This document shows, one piece after another, positions 45,017 through 54,956 of a stretch of DNA of 64,000 bases. Made by a program: the position numbers and the translations under genes. Every line of letters starts with the position of its first letter. Position 1 is the first letter of the stretch. A model generated the notes under the pieces. The model had not been told where the DNA came from, ran no database searches, and was given only the letters and a program-made list of their open reading frames with translations. The DNA comes from a candidate division WOR-3 bacterium (GTDB lineage: Bacteria > Hydrothermota > Tepidihabitantia > Tepidihabitantales > Tepidihabitantaceae), in assembly GCA_965649225.1 (NCBI GenBank), contig CBFGJX010000008.1:1-64000 (forward strand). Reading direction: 5' to 3'.

Positions 45017-48000
45017 TTAATCCAGTCTTACCGCTTTGACCGTTGTTCGCTGCCCCGCGGCTTCAAGCTGCAGGAAGTAGATGCCCCGGGCAAGGGGTTG
45101 GCCGGCAGCGTCGGTGCCGTCCCAGCGGACAGTGCCGGCGCCGGCCGGCTGGTTGCCGGAAAGCAGTTGTTTCACCATGCGGCCGGAGTTGTCATAGACG
45201 GCCAGATTCGCTATGCCCGGCTGAGGCAGAACATAGCGGATTGAGGCCGGATCGCGCAGCGGGTTGCGGTCGATGCCAAGAACCGGCAGCAGGGTGGGAC
45301 CGGTCAATGGTTCGCTGATGGCGGTGGACTGACTGGTGGTGTACCTGATCGCGCGGCCGGGCCCGAGCGGCGCTGCGCCGCGATGATAGGTGCCATCAAA
45401 CAGGCAGTTGATGCCGATGGCGCAGGTCGGGTCTTCGATCCCCACCGTCGCCGAGCCGAAGTCGTTGCCGCCGCGGTACTGCAGGATTATCTCGTTGTCG
45501 CGGGTCGGGGTCTGCACCGTGGTGTCGTAGATGATGAACTGGCCAATGACATAGCTGGTGCGCGGGCTGTACTTGCAGACCGAGTCGTATTCGATGATGA
45601 AGCGATGGTTGGTTGCATCGTGCCAGTACCACACCCCGCGCCCGGCCTGAGGATACAGGTCGTCCCAGAGCAGACAGAGGTTGGCCGGCTGAGCACCGTC
45701 GGGCAGACTGACATTGGAGTAGCTCGAGCTGGTGGTCGAGCCGGGCGCTATCCAGCCGTTGGAGCAGATGCTGACCTGCGTGAAGCTCTGACCGTAGTAG
45801 CGCCAGGGCCCGAACGCCGGCGGCAGACTGACAACCGCGGTCTGGTCGTCGGAGAGCGTCAACCGGGTGCCGACACCGTTGATTTCCACCCACTCGAACT
45901 GGGGCCGCTGGGCATAGCCCGAATCGACGTCGTCGTAGGCCCAGTAGCGGGCCGGCTGCCGCGGCCCGTCCGGTATCGGGTCAACCGCCCGCAGTTCACC
46001 GACGACGATGTCGAAGGCAAGCGTGTCGGTGTAGCCGGTGCCGGCAACGAAGAGCTGCATCGTAACCGGATATTCGCGCGGCGTGAAGGGCGAGGAGCGG
46101 ATTTGAAACCGGTCGGACCAGTTGGTCCGGCTGGAATCGGGCAGGATGGTGCCGTAGCTTGCCTGGGCGTCGATTACCGTGATGAGGGTATCGGGACTGA
46201 ACAGTGTTGCAACGACATTCTGAGCCGGCAGGCGGCCGACGTTGCCGAGGCGGACAGCGAGCTCGGCGGTTTCGCCCGGATCGAGCCGGTTGTTGTTGTT
46301 ACCGCCGGGCGGAGAGTCGATGATATATTGCTGCTGGTACACCAGCGCGGCTGAATTGGTGGCAATCGCTTCGACCGCATCGAGGTCAAAGCCGGCAGTG
46401 GCGCCGGAGACCGCGCCGGAGTCGTCAACAATCTTGATGAAGCGAAAAGCGCTGACGCTGCCGCGGCTGAGGTCGAAGCTGTCGGTGCCGGTGGCCCAGC
46501 CAAGGCTGGTCCAGGGGCCGGCCCAGTCCAGTGCGACTTCGACGCGGTAGCCTTCGGGGTCGGCGTCGTCCTCATACACCGTGAAGTCGCTGCCCGGGCC
46601 ATTGACCAGAGTGCGGCCGAAATCGTAGATGGCGAAGCCGCCGCGGCCGAGCGAGAAGCGGCGGCCGTCGCGCGGGCCGAGGGCCCAGTCCGGGGTCGAA
46701 ACGATCAAAGTGTCGCTGACCCCGCGGCCGCTGATGAACTGGTGCAAGGCGACGGGCAAAGTGGTGTCGGGCACGAGCGCAACATTGAGGCGGGTAACCG
46801 TGTCGGCGGTGACCGTGACACCGGTGATGGTCTTGCTGCGATAGCCGTTGGCTTCGAAGACCACGTCATAGGTGCCCGGCCGCAGATAGCGGTGGTAGTC
46901 GCCGATGCTGTCGCAGAAACTGGGAAAATTGATGGGCATCGGCCGGACCCGGGCACGCACCGGCGCGCCGGTGACCGAGTCGGTGACGATGCCGCGGATG
47001 CCGCGGTCGATGTTGGCCAGTATCATCTTCATCGCGGCGTGCTCGCGTGCGATTATCTGGGCGAGCGACTCGACCGGCGGAGTCTTGTAGATGCAGGTTT
47101 CGACGGTCCAGCCGATGGCGCCGGTAGTGCCGTAGGCGTAGTCCTTGGACGAGCCGTTGATGCGGTACATTCCCCGGTACCCGGGGGCGTTGGGGTAGCC
47201 GGTGATGTCGTGGTAGCGGCCGCCCAGATACCAGAACTCCATCGAGTCGCGCGTGCCGAAGGGCGAGTAGCTCCAGGGCGTGGAGATGAAGTAGGTGCCG
47301 CCGTGGCCCGACTGCCAGAAGTTGAAGCAGTTGCGCTGCATCAGCCGGAGCTGGACCCGGGTCTCGGGCTGGGTGAAGCCTTCGCGCGCCGAGGTCTCGT
47401 ACCACCACATGAAGCCGTAGTCGCGGTTGCAGTCGTAGCCGTTGCGGTTGGTGCGCGCGCCGGCGATGTGGCCGTATGGGTTGGTCGGGCAGAGCACCCA
47501 GATTTCCCGGGTGTTGACCCAGTAGGTGACGTCGGGGTCGACCCCGTAGTTGCGCGCGAGGTAGACCGCGAACTCGAAGGCGGGTTCGGTGGCGCATTTT
47601 TCGTCGCCGTGGATGGCGGCTTCAAACATCAGTTCGGGCTCGTCTTCTTCGAGCTGCGGGTTGTCGGTTATTTTCAGGGCGAAGATGAGGCTGTCGTTGG
47701 ATGCGAACCCGAGCGTCTCGAACTTGATGAAGGTCGGGTTGTTCTGCGCCATCAGCAGAAAAGTGTCTTTAATCTGAGTGTAGGTGTGAAACCGGTAGTC
47801 GAGCGCGTTCTTCTCGTAAAAGCCGGTGATGTCGCGCTTGAGTACCGCGACACTCCAGCCGTCGCGCTCGAGCCGGGCGACGCGGTCCTGGGGCACCTCG
47901 ACGAGCATCCGGCCGTCCGGTCCCGGGCCGTTGATGATGCAGCCGAGGTCTTCAAGCTCGCGGATGTCCTCGCGGGTACGGACATCGACGGTGACAAGGT

Positions 48001-48061
48001 CGTAGCGCGGTGCGGCCGAAGCCGCGAGCGCCAGGGCGGCAAGGACAAGAACAATTCTCAA
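45017..48061 (-). CDS. Secreted M14 zinc carboxypeptidase with accessory domains and FlgD-like tail
   Basis: AGGAGG RBS and TTG start; signal peptide; AIHGDE, RTNRNGYDCNRD, SGHGG, WTVE; GIRGIVTDSVTGAP regulatory-like domain; tail VYDNSGR...WDGTD...GIYF...KAVR. Confidence 0.9.
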   Translation of the reverse strand: MRIVLVLAALALAASAAPRYDLVTVDVRTREDIRELEDLGCIINGPGPDGRMLVEVPQDRVARLERDGWSVAVLKRDITGFYEKNALDYRFHTYTQIKDTFLLMAQNNPTFIKFETLGFASNDSLIFALKITDNPQLEEDEPELMFEAAIHGDEKCATEPAFEFAVYLARNYGVDPDVTYWVNTREIWVLCPTNPYGHIAGARTNRNGYDCNRDYGFMWWYETSAREGFTQPETRVQLRLMQRNCFNFWQSGHGGTYFISTPWSYSPFGTRDSMEFWYLGGRYHDITGYPNAPGYRGMYRINGSSKDYAYGTTGAIGWTVETCIYKTPPVESLAQIIAREHAAMKMILANIDRGIRGIVTDSVTGAPVRARVRPMPINFPSFCDSIGDYHRYLRPGTYDVVFEANGYRSKTITGVTVTADTVTRLNVALVPDTTLPVALHQFISGRGVSDTLIVSTPDWALGPRDGRRFSLGRGGFAIYDFGRTLVNGPGSDFTVYEDDADPEGYRVEVALDWAGPWTSLGWATGTDSFDLSRGSVSAFRFIKIVDDSGAVSGATAGFDLDAVEAIATNSAALVYQQQYIIDSPPGGNNNNRLDPGETAELAVRLGNVGRLPAQNVVATLFSPDTLITVIDAQASYGTILPDSSRTNWSDRFQIRSSPFTPREYPVTMQLFVAGTGYTDTLAFDIVVGELRAVDPIPDGPRQPARYWAYDDVDSGYAQRPQFEWVEINGVGTRLTLSDDQTAVVSLPPAFGPWRYYGQSFTQVSICSNGWIAPGSTTSSSYSNVSLPDGAQPANLCLLWDDLYPQAGRGVWYWHDATNHRFIIEYDSVCKYSPRTSYVIGQFIIYDTTVQTPTRDNEIILQYRGGNDFGSATVGIEDPTCAIGINCLFDGTYHRGAAPLGPGRAIRYTTSQSTAISEPLTGPTLLPVLGIDRNPLRDPASIRYVLPQPGIANLAVYDNSGRMVKQLLSGNQPAGAGTVRWDGTDAAGQPLARGIYFLQLEAAGQRTTVKAVRLD

Positions 48062-48098
48062 CACAGCCTCCTGAGTTGCTGAAAATGACAGACAGTTG

Positions 48099-48126
48099 AT
48101 TTTAAAGTCGGCCCCGGGCCGGTCAA
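48099..48126 (-). promoter_or_regulatory. Promoter for the M14 gene (TTGACC-16-TAAAAT)
   Basis: Near-consensus hexamers upstream of the RBS. Confidence 0.6.
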
Positions 48127-48141
48127 CCCGGCCGGCTGTCA

Positions 48142-48843
48142 TCACATCCGAAACGGCGGTCGTGCCGCGGAGCCGAACCGCAGGCCGGCATCCCAGGACA
48201 GCCCGCCCAGGCCAAAACGCGGCGGCTGACCCCGGCCGGTGTAAACTTCGGGGCCGCCGATTGGAATGAACCAGCCGGCGCGGGTATAGAGCGCAACGTA
48301 ATGCTCTTCGCCGTAGCGCAGCCGTCCCATCAGTTCGAGCGCCGGCATGACGCCGACGGTCCAGCCCCAGAAAACATCCCAGATGTCCGGGTCAGCAACA
48401 AACAGCGCGCCGTCTTCGATGGAGTGGGCATAGAGAAACCAGGCGCCGAAACCGACATTGACATGGGGTCGGACCCAGAAGAAATCACGCGGTACCCAGG
48501 CGTAACCACAGTCGAAGCTGCCGCGCAATCCGACCAGTTCGGCCGCCAGCGAGTCGGCCCGCTGGGTGGAGGCGGTGACAGAACCCTCACCACCGAGGGT
48601 GATGTTGCCAACCGCGCCGGCACGATGGCCGCCCAGCCACCATACCGGCCGGCGCAGGCGGAACGAGTCGTTGCCGCGATAGCGGTCCGGGTCGCGGTTG
48701 AGCCGGGAAAGGGTCTGGTTCAATCCTGATGTTCTGAGCCAGGTGGCACTGATGCCGAAGCCACCATAGCCGGCCAGGGCGGTGCCGGTGAGCAGAAAAA
48801 ACAGTACAGCCGGAGTGAGATTCCGGCGGATTTCAGTTGTCAT
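48142..48843 (-). CDS. Hypothetical exported protein, possible outer-membrane beta-barrel
   Basis: AAGGAG RBS, signal peptide ending ALA-G, Gly/aromatic alternating strands, near-terminal WDAGLRF. Confidence 0.6.
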   Translation of the reverse strand: MTTEIRRNLTPAVLFFLLTGTALAGYGGFGISATWLRTSGLNQTLSRLNRDPDRYRGNDSFRLRRPVWWLGGHRAGAVGNITLGGEGSVTASTQRADSLAAELVGLRGSFDCGYAWVPRDFFWVRPHVNVGFGAWFLYAHSIEDGALFVADPDIWDVFWGWTVGVMPALELMGRLRYGEEHYVALYTRAGWFIPIGGPEVYTGRGQPPRFGLGGLSWDAGLRFGSAARPPFRM

Positions 48844-49402
48844 CTGATTCTCCTTCGGGCCGGCCCGCACGGCCGACCGGGTTGGTGAAGTCGTATTCAG
48901 TGTTGCCAATCCGGACCGCGTCGCCGCCGATGCCAGCGGGGCGCAGCGAGCGGGAGAGCCCCGGGTCGGTCCAGATTGCCATTGCCCGCCATTGCATCGG
49001 CCGAGCCGAGTCGCTTTCGACCAGGTAGGCCCAGACCACCCGGACGCGGCGGCGCTGACGACGGTTGGCCATTTCCAAAGTTGTGTAGAGCAACCGGTCG
49101 AGCGCAATGCGCAGGGCGGAGTCGGAAAGCCCGGCCGGGACAACGGCCCGAACCGTGAGTCGCTCGATGCTGCCAAGCGGCTGTTCGATTGTTTCGAGCA
49201 ACCGCCACTGCGGTCCGGGTTCGGTCGGCTCCGGCGGCACCAGGCCGGGACGCCGGGGGGGCGATATGAGTAACAGTCCGGCGCCGACCGCCGACAGTAT
49301 CAGAACGAAAAGCCAGTAACGGCTGCGGCCGCGGCCCCAGCGCATCCGGTCAACAAGCGAGGGCTTTTCGAGCTGGCGTGGCCGGGAGCGCAAAGATATC
49401 AT
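48833..49402 (-). CDS. Hypothetical single-TM protein
   Basis: One hydrophobic helix; overlaps the next gene by 11 nt; TTGCGC-16-TAGAAT at 49415-49442. Confidence 0.6.
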   Translation of the reverse strand: MISLRSRPRQLEKPSLVDRMRWGRGRSRYWLFVLILSAVGAGLLLISPPRRPGLVPPEPTEPGPQWRLLETIEQPLGSIERLTVRAVVPAGLSDSALRIALDRLLYTTLEMANRRQRRRVRVVWAYLVESDSARPMQWRAMAIWTDPGLSRSLRPAGIGGDAVRIGNTEYDFTNPVGRAGRPEGESDDN

Positions 49403-49465
49403 TACCCGCTGGTAATTCTATCGGTGTCGGCGCGTCGCGCAAGCCGGACCGGGCGGCCAGTCGCC

Positions 49466-49493
49466 TTGACAGGCCAGAGGTCGTGACTAGTAT
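49466..49493 (+). promoter_or_regulatory. tRNA promoter (TTGACA-16-TAGTAT)
   Basis: Perfect -35; the -10 lies 11 nt before the tRNA 5' end. Confidence 0.7.
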
Positions 49494-49504
49494 TGGGCGC
49501 AATC

Positions 49505-49577
49505 GCCGGCGTAGCTCAGTCGGCAGAGCAGCGGTTTCGTAAACCGCAGGTCATCGGTTCGAATCCGATCGCCGGCT
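49505..49577 (+). tRNA. tRNA-Thr(CGT), CCA not encoded
   Basis: Acceptor stem GCCGGCG/CGCCGGC, D arm GCTC...GAGC, anticodon arm GCGGT-TTCGTAA-ACCGC, T loop GTTCGAATC. Confidence 0.96.
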
Positions 49578-49618
49578 TGACTGGCACGGCAGTGCCGTTA
49601 TTCTCTGCGCACCTGGGT

Positions 49619-51568
49619 ATGGAACGTAAACTGGTCCTGCTCTTCGGACTGTTGCTGGTGCTGACTCCGTCGGCGTCGGCGGCAACGCGCCGGGCCGCCC
49701 CATTCGCGCTTGCCTCACCACTGCTTTTCGCCGCGATTCTGAGCCGTGGCCGCGACCCGCGGCGTGAGGCCGAGGAACAGGCGGCGTTTGAGGAGGCCGA
49801 ACGTCAGCGGGCCGAACGCCGGGCCCGGGCAGTCTTCGATCACTTTGTTGATGCCAGCCCGGTCAGCATTGAGATTTTTGACCCGAAGGGCAAACCCCTG
49901 CGCAGCAACAAGGCGGCCGAGCGGCTGCTGGGCAAGGTGCCACCACCGGGCATTTCGCTTTTTGAGCCGCGCGGACTGAAGCGGGCCGGGCTGCTCGAGC
50001 CGCAACTGAAACGGGTGCTGGCCGGCACCCGGGTCGAGACGCCGCCAACATGGTACGACCCGACCGAAATCGGCCTGCCCGGCATTCCGGGGCGCAAGGT
50101 TTGCTTCCGGGCAACGGTTTTCCCGCTGTTCGACAACGAGGGCAGGCTGGTTGGTATCGCGGTGATGCATGAGGACCTGACCGAGCTCAAGGCAGCTCAG
50201 CAGGCGGCAAAAGAGGCGGAAGAACGGGCACGGGAAGCCGCGGCGGCGGTGCCGGAGCCGGTACCCGAGCCGGTGGTGCTGCCGCCGGATGCCGACCCGC
50301 GCGATATCGAGTTTCAACGGCGCAAGCTGGAAGCGGCGCTGCGCGAGAGTGAGGAGCGGTTCCGGTCGGTGTTTGATTCGGCGCGCGGGTACGCGCTGGT
50401 TCGATTCGGCGAGCCGGGGCAGATTATCTGCGCCAGCCCGACCGTGGTCGAAATCTGGGGCGTTGCCCGGGACGATATCGTCCGCAACGGCACGCTGTAC
50501 TTTGCTCAGGTCCATCCGCAGGACCTGGATCGGGTAATGGATGTTGAAGCCCAGGCCCGTCGGGCCGGTGCCTATCCGGTCGGCTACGAGTTTCGGGTTG
50601 TCAACAAGACCACCGGGGCCGTACGCTGGGTCGAGGTGCGCGGTTCACAGGTCGCAATCGGCAACCGCAAGGTGATGGATGCGCTGATTCAGGACGTTAC
50701 CGATCGCCACGCGGTTGAAGCGGCACTGAATCAGCGGCAGCAGGATATCGGTGTTCTGATCAACAGCGCCATTGACGGAGTCGTAACCGTTGACCGGGAG
50801 TGGGTTGTCAAGGCCTGGAGTCCGGGAGCAGAGCGGGAAACCCGGCTGCCGGCAGCGGCTACGGTCGGCAAGCGGCTCTGGGATGTCTATCCGCAGCTGG
50901 AGCAGGCGGGTTTTGCCGCCGGCCTGCGGCGGACGATGACCGATCGGACACCGGTGACTTTTGAAGGATTCTATGGCGATGGCCGGGAGCGTTTTTCCGG
51001 CTGGTTCTGTTTCAGTTCCTATCCTCTTGATGACGGGCTGCTGCTGTTGGTGCGCAATACCACCCAGCGGCGCCGGGCGGAACTGGCCTGGCAGGAGGCC
51101 GAAACCCGGCTGCGGTCGCTGTTTGACCAGCCCGGGCTGGCGATAACTCTGAAAGACCTGCAGTTGCGTTACATTCTGGCCAATGATGCCGCGTTGAAGG
51201 CCTATGCCGTTTCGGCCGGAGAGGTGGTGCTGGGCAAAACCGACCCCGAGCTGTTCAATGCCCGGGTTTCAGCGCTGCTGGCAACTCACGACCGGCAGGT
51301 GATTGAAACCGGTCGGCCGGTTGAAATTGAAATCGCCCTCCCAGATGGCGCCGCCGCCAACGCAATGTGGTATCACATCGTCAAGCAACCGTGGAAAAAC
51401 GCCGCCGGCGAAGTGCTGGGCGTTTTTGACATCGCCTGGGATATCACTGCCCGGGTCAATGCGCAGAACGAACTGGCCCGCCGGCGTGAGTATGTTGCCG
51501 GTCTGGTTGCCGAGGGCAGCCAGCTGTTGCAGCGGGCGCAGGAAGACCTAAAGCGCTGGTCGAGCTGA
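49619..51568 (+). CDS. Four-PAS-domain protein with hydrophobic N-terminus and no output domain
   Basis: Four PAS units ending EDLT, QDVT, RNTT, WDIT with helical linkers. No H-box, GGDEF or HD-GYP motif before the stop. Confidence 0.85.
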   Translation: MERKLVLLFGLLLVLTPSASAATRRAAPFALASPLLFAAILSRGRDPRREAEEQAAFEEAERQRAERRARAVFDHFVDASPVSIEIFDPKGKPLRSNKAAERLLGKVPPPGISLFEPRGLKRAGLLEPQLKRVLAGTRVETPPTWYDPTEIGLPGIPGRKVCFRATVFPLFDNEGRLVGIAVMHEDLTELKAAQQAAKEAEERAREAAAAVPEPVPEPVVLPPDADPRDIEFQRRKLEAALRESEERFRSVFDSARGYALVRFGEPGQIICASPTVVEIWGVARDDIVRNGTLYFAQVHPQDLDRVMDVEAQARRAGAYPVGYEFRVVNKTTGAVRWVEVRGSQVAIGNRKVMDALIQDVTDRHAVEAALNQRQQDIGVLINSAIDGVVTVDREWVVKAWSPGAERETRLPAAATVGKRLWDVYPQLEQAGFAAGLRRTMTDRTPVTFEGFYGDGRERFSGWFCFSSYPLDDGLLLLVRNTTQRRRAELAWQEAETRLRSLFDQPGLAITLKDLQLRYILANDAALKAYAVSAGEVVLGKTDPELFNARVSALLATHDRQVIETGRPVEIEIALPDGAAANAMWYHIVKQPWKNAAGEVLGVFDIAWDITARVNAQNELARRREYVAGLVAEGSQLLQRAQEDLKRWSS

Positions 51569-51614
51569 CCCGCGACAGCTTGGATTCATTTCCGAACGGT
51601 TCGCGGACACTACC

Positions 51615-53351
51615 GTGAAAAAGAAGCAGCGACCACCGGTGACAGCAAAACCTCAGGCTGAGTCAACCGGCCTGACCCGGTTCGCGCGCCGGTGGGGACT
51701 GCTGCTGGCGGTTGCCATCGCAGTGCTGGGTCTGGCGCTGCGGGCGTCAGACCTGCGCGCTGACCCGCCGCCCGATCTGAGCTGGAGTTTTGCACCCTAC
51801 ACCGACGAGGGGCTGAATACCTATTCGGCGCGCAATTTCGTCCTCTACGGTGCGTGGAAAACCGACGACTTTTTCCCGTTTGTGGTGTATCCGCTGGTGA
51901 ATTATCTGGTGGCACTGGTGTTTCGACTGTTTGGCATCGGTTTTGTCCAGGTGAAGCTGGTGTCGCTGGTCGCAGCGGTGCTGGGCGTGCTGGCCGCCTG
52001 GTTGCTGGCCCGCGAGGGCGGTGGTGAGTTGGGCGGGGTACTGGCGGCACTGCTGGTCGCGACGTCCTATCCGCTGGTAATGTATGGCCGGCTCGGTCTG
52101 ATCGAGACCGTGCAGATTCTCTTCCTGCTGTTTACCGGCTGGTGCTGGGTGCGGGGGCTTGACCGGCCGCTGCCGATGATTCTGGCCGGGTTTTTTGCCG
52201 CAGCCACGGTGCTGCTGGTCAAAATCTCGGCAGTATTCATCGCCCCGGTAATGGTGGTGGTGTTCGCCTGGGAGTTTTTCGAGCGGCGCGACCGGGCCGG
52301 TCGGGTTGAACTGCTGCGCCGGCTGGGACTGTTTATTGCCGGGGTTGGCGTCGCAGTTGCGGTCTGGCTGATTGCGGTCTTGCTGCCGCATCGGGCCGAC
52401 TATCTGCGTTATGTGCTGCGTCACTCGTTTGAGTCGCCGGCCGGACATCCTGAGGGGCTGACGGCTTATCTGTTCAATACTTTCACCGTCGGCGTGCGTT
52501 CCCGAATCGTGCCGCGCACTGCCTGGACCGCATTGCTGGGAATCATCGCCCTGCCGGTGCTGGCGCTGGGTCGCCGACCGGCGCTGCGCTATGTGCTGGC
52601 ATGGTTCGTCTTTGGAGTCCTGCTGCTGGGCTATATGAACTACCGGCCGCCCCGGTACGAGATTATCATCATTCCGGCACTGGCCGTTGCGGCCGCGGTG
52701 ATGCTTGCCCGGCTGCTTGAAGGCGGTGTGCTGCTGCCCCGGCTCCGGCCGACAATTGGCAAGAGCATCCTCGCCGCGCTGTGGCTGTGGCCGGTTTGTC
52801 TGCAACTTGCCCTGTACACGGGCGGGTTTTGGGGTCTGCTCAAACCGCGCAGCGAGGGCGAACTGCTGGTGGCGGCGGCGGTCGTTGCGGCAGTGCTGGC
52901 GGCGCTGGCTCATCTGCTTTTCCGCATCGTCAAGTCGCCGCGGCTGGTGCGGGGGACGTTTGCCCGGCTGGCGCTAGCCGCAGTGCCGCTGCTGCTGATA
53001 CTGCAGCTGGACCTGGGTCAGTATGGCCGCTGGTTTGAGAATCGGACCCACAATATGGTGGCATTCGCGCGCGAACTGGATGCCGCTTTGCCCGAAAAGG
53101 CGGTGCTGGCCGGCGGCTGGGCACCGGCGCTGTTGCTGGAGTCGCGCAAGCGGGCCTTGTGTATTACCGACTGGGCCAACATCGACGACCCGGTGGGGCG
53201 GTTTGGTGTTACGCACCTGGTTTCGCCGGAAAACGGCTTCGACTATCGGCTGTTCAGCGAGCAGTATCCGGAACTGATGGCCCGTGCCGAAGTGCTGCGC
53301 CGGTTCAATGTCCGGGGCCTGGTGCTGACCGTGTACAGTCTGCCGCGCTAG
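51615..53351 (+). CDS. GT-C fold glycosyltransferase (GT39/ArnT-PMT-like)
   Basis: First TM followed by YTDEG, YPL, many TM helices, LLVK, PPRY. Confidence 0.82.
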   Translation: MKKKQRPPVTAKPQAESTGLTRFARRWGLLLAVAIAVLGLALRASDLRADPPPDLSWSFAPYTDEGLNTYSARNFVLYGAWKTDDFFPFVVYPLVNYLVALVFRLFGIGFVQVKLVSLVAAVLGVLAAWLLAREGGGELGGVLAALLVATSYPLVMYGRLGLIETVQILFLLFTGWCWVRGLDRPLPMILAGFFAAATVLLVKISAVFIAPVMVVVFAWEFFERRDRAGRVELLRRLGLFIAGVGVAVAVWLIAVLLPHRADYLRYVLRHSFESPAGHPEGLTAYLFNTFTVGVRSRIVPRTAWTALLGIIALPVLALGRRPALRYVLAWFVFGVLLLGYMNYRPPRYEIIIIPALAVAAAVMLARLLEGGVLLPRLRPTIGKSILAALWLWPVCLQLALYTGGFWGLLKPRSEGELLVAAAVVAAVLAALAHLLFRIVKSPRLVRGTFARLALAAVPLLLILQLDLGQYGRWFENRTHNMVAFARELDAALPEKAVLAGGWAPALLLESRKRALCITDWANIDDPVGRFGVTHLVSPENGFDYRLFSEQYPELMARAEVLRRFNVRGLVLTVYSLPR

Positions 53352-54181
53352 GCACGGGGCCGGCCGCAGACCCGGCAGGGGCGGCGTTTGGGCGAGAAGA
53401 TGGCCGCGAGTGCAAACAGTGCCGTCGCAACGATCACAATCGCCGCACCCGACGGCAGTTCAAGAAAGTAGGAAAGCGCCAGACCGGCGACGCACGACAG
53501 CACCGCTGCCAGCCACGACAGCACGAACAGTCGGCGGAAACTGGTGGTGAGCTGGAACGCGGTCGCGGCCGGCGTCACCAGCAGCGCTTCGACCAGGATG
53601 ATGCCGACCGCCTTGATGGCGATGACTACCGAGAGCGCGAGCAGGCCGAGCAGTACCGCACCGAGCCGGCCAGTGGCGAGGCCGCTCGCCTCGGCCATTT
53701 CTTCATCGAAAGCGAGAAACTGCAGTTCCTTGAACAGCAGTGCGACCGTGGCGAGCACGACGACCGCGAGGACGGCCATCAACGCAAGATTCCCGGGTGT
53801 GATGCCCAGCACGTTGCCGAAGAGGTAGCCATAGACCCGTGCGTCGTAGCGCCGCATCAGGCCGATGAAAAGCACGCCCAGCGCCATGGTGAAGGCAAAG
53901 AAGATACCGATGGCCGAGTCGGCGCGCAGCCGGGTGCGACGGATTGCGACCTGAATGAGCCCGGCGGTACCGAGACAGAACATTATCGCCGTCACCAGCG
54001 GGTTGAGTGCGAGGAGAAACCCGAGCGCAACTCCGCCGAAAGAGGCATGGGCTAGTCCCGACCCGGCGAATGCCATCCCGCGTAGCACCACGAACACGCC
54101 GACGATTGAACAGACGGTGGCGACCAGGAGCGCCCCGGCGAGTGCCCGCTGCATGAATGTCTGTTCGAGGAACTCAAGCAT
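53348..54181 (-). CDS. Metal (Zn/Mn) ABC transporter permease, ZnuB-like
   Basis: FMQRAL, GLAHASFGG, YLFGNVL, FDEEMA, VGIILV...PAATA, PSGAAIV. Confidence 0.92.
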   Translation of the reverse strand: MLEFLEQTFMQRALAGALLVATVCSIVGVFVVLRGMAFAGSGLAHASFGGVALGFLLALNPLVTAIMFCLGTAGLIQVAIRRTRLRADSAIGIFFAFTMALGVLFIGLMRRYDARVYGYLFGNVLGITPGNLALMAVLAVVVLATVALLFKELQFLAFDEEMAEASGLATGRLGAVLLGLLALSVVIAIKAVGIILVEALLVTPAATAFQLTTSFRRLFVLSWLAAVLSCVAGLALSYFLELPSGAAIVIVATALFALAAIFSPKRRPCRVCGRPRA

Positions 54182-54956
54182 GGCTGTCACCGACGTAGAT
54201 ATAGCGGCGCCCGGCCTCTTCACTGATCATCACCGGCGCACCGTAGAGCCGTTCAAGCATCGAGCGGGTGAGCACCTCGGTACAGGGGCCGAAGGCCTGA
54301 ACCGTGCGCTTCAGGTACATCACTTTGTCGACACAGGACATCACTTCGTTGATGTCATGGGTGACATAGAGCGTGGTCAGGCTGCGCTCAGTGTGAAGCC
54401 GGCGAATCAGTTCGACCATCGTCTGGCGCGTGGCAGCATCGACAGCCGAGGTCGGTTCATCGAGCAGCAGTACCGCCGGTTCGTTGACGAGAGCACGGGC
54501 CAGAAGCAGGCGTTGCTGTTGCCCGCCGGAGAGATGGCCGGCGACATGGCCGGCGGAATCGGCGAGGCCAACTGCGGCCAGCGCCGCTAGGGCACGTTCC
54601 CGCTCACGCCGGCCCGGGCTCCGCCCGATGCCCAGCCGGGGATAGGTACCCATCAGTACCGCTTCCAGTACCGAAATCGGAAAGTCCGGGTCAATCGCCC
54701 GGCGTTGCGGCACGTAGCCGATGCGAGACCGGGCTCTGGGCGGGGTGGTGCCGAGCACCGTTATCCGGCCGGCAGCGGGTTTTACCAGTCCGAGGATTGC
54801 CTTGAACAGCGTGGTCTTGCCCGAGCCGTTCGGGCCGACCACACCGAGAAACTCGCCCGAGTCAAGCCGGAAGGTGATATCTTCAAGTGCCGGCCCGCGC
54901 GAAAAGACCACGGTCAGTCGGTCGCAGTCGATTGCCGGCGGCGGGGCGGTATTCAC
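54174..54956 (-). CDS. Metal ABC transporter ATP-binding protein, ZnuC-like
   Basis: GPNGSGKTT, IGYVPQ, FPISV, LSGGQQQR, LLDEPT, VTHD. GTG start overlaps the pepA stop. Confidence 0.92.
   Translation of the reverse strand: MNTAPPPAIDCDRLTVVFSRGPALEDITFRLDSGEFLGVVGPNGSGKTTLFKAILGLVKPAAGRITVLGTTPPRARSRIGYVPQRRAIDPDFPISVLEAVLMGTYPRLGIGRSPGRRERERALAALAAVGLADSAGHVAGHLSGGQQQRLLLARALVNEPAVLLLDEPTSAVDAATRQTMVELIRRLHTERSLTTLYVTHDINEVMSCVDKVMYLKRTVQAFGPCTEVLTRSMLERLYGAPVMISEEAGRRYIYVGDSHA

Noticed and set aside
49493..49618. ORF-track start of the PAS protein running through the tRNA
   Set aside because: The segment is a complete tRNA-Thr cloverleaf; ATG 49619 gives a sensible hydrophobic N-terminus.
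49505..53351. tRNA-Thr as an integration site for an island
   Set aside because: No integrase and no duplicated tRNA 3' end seen in the window.
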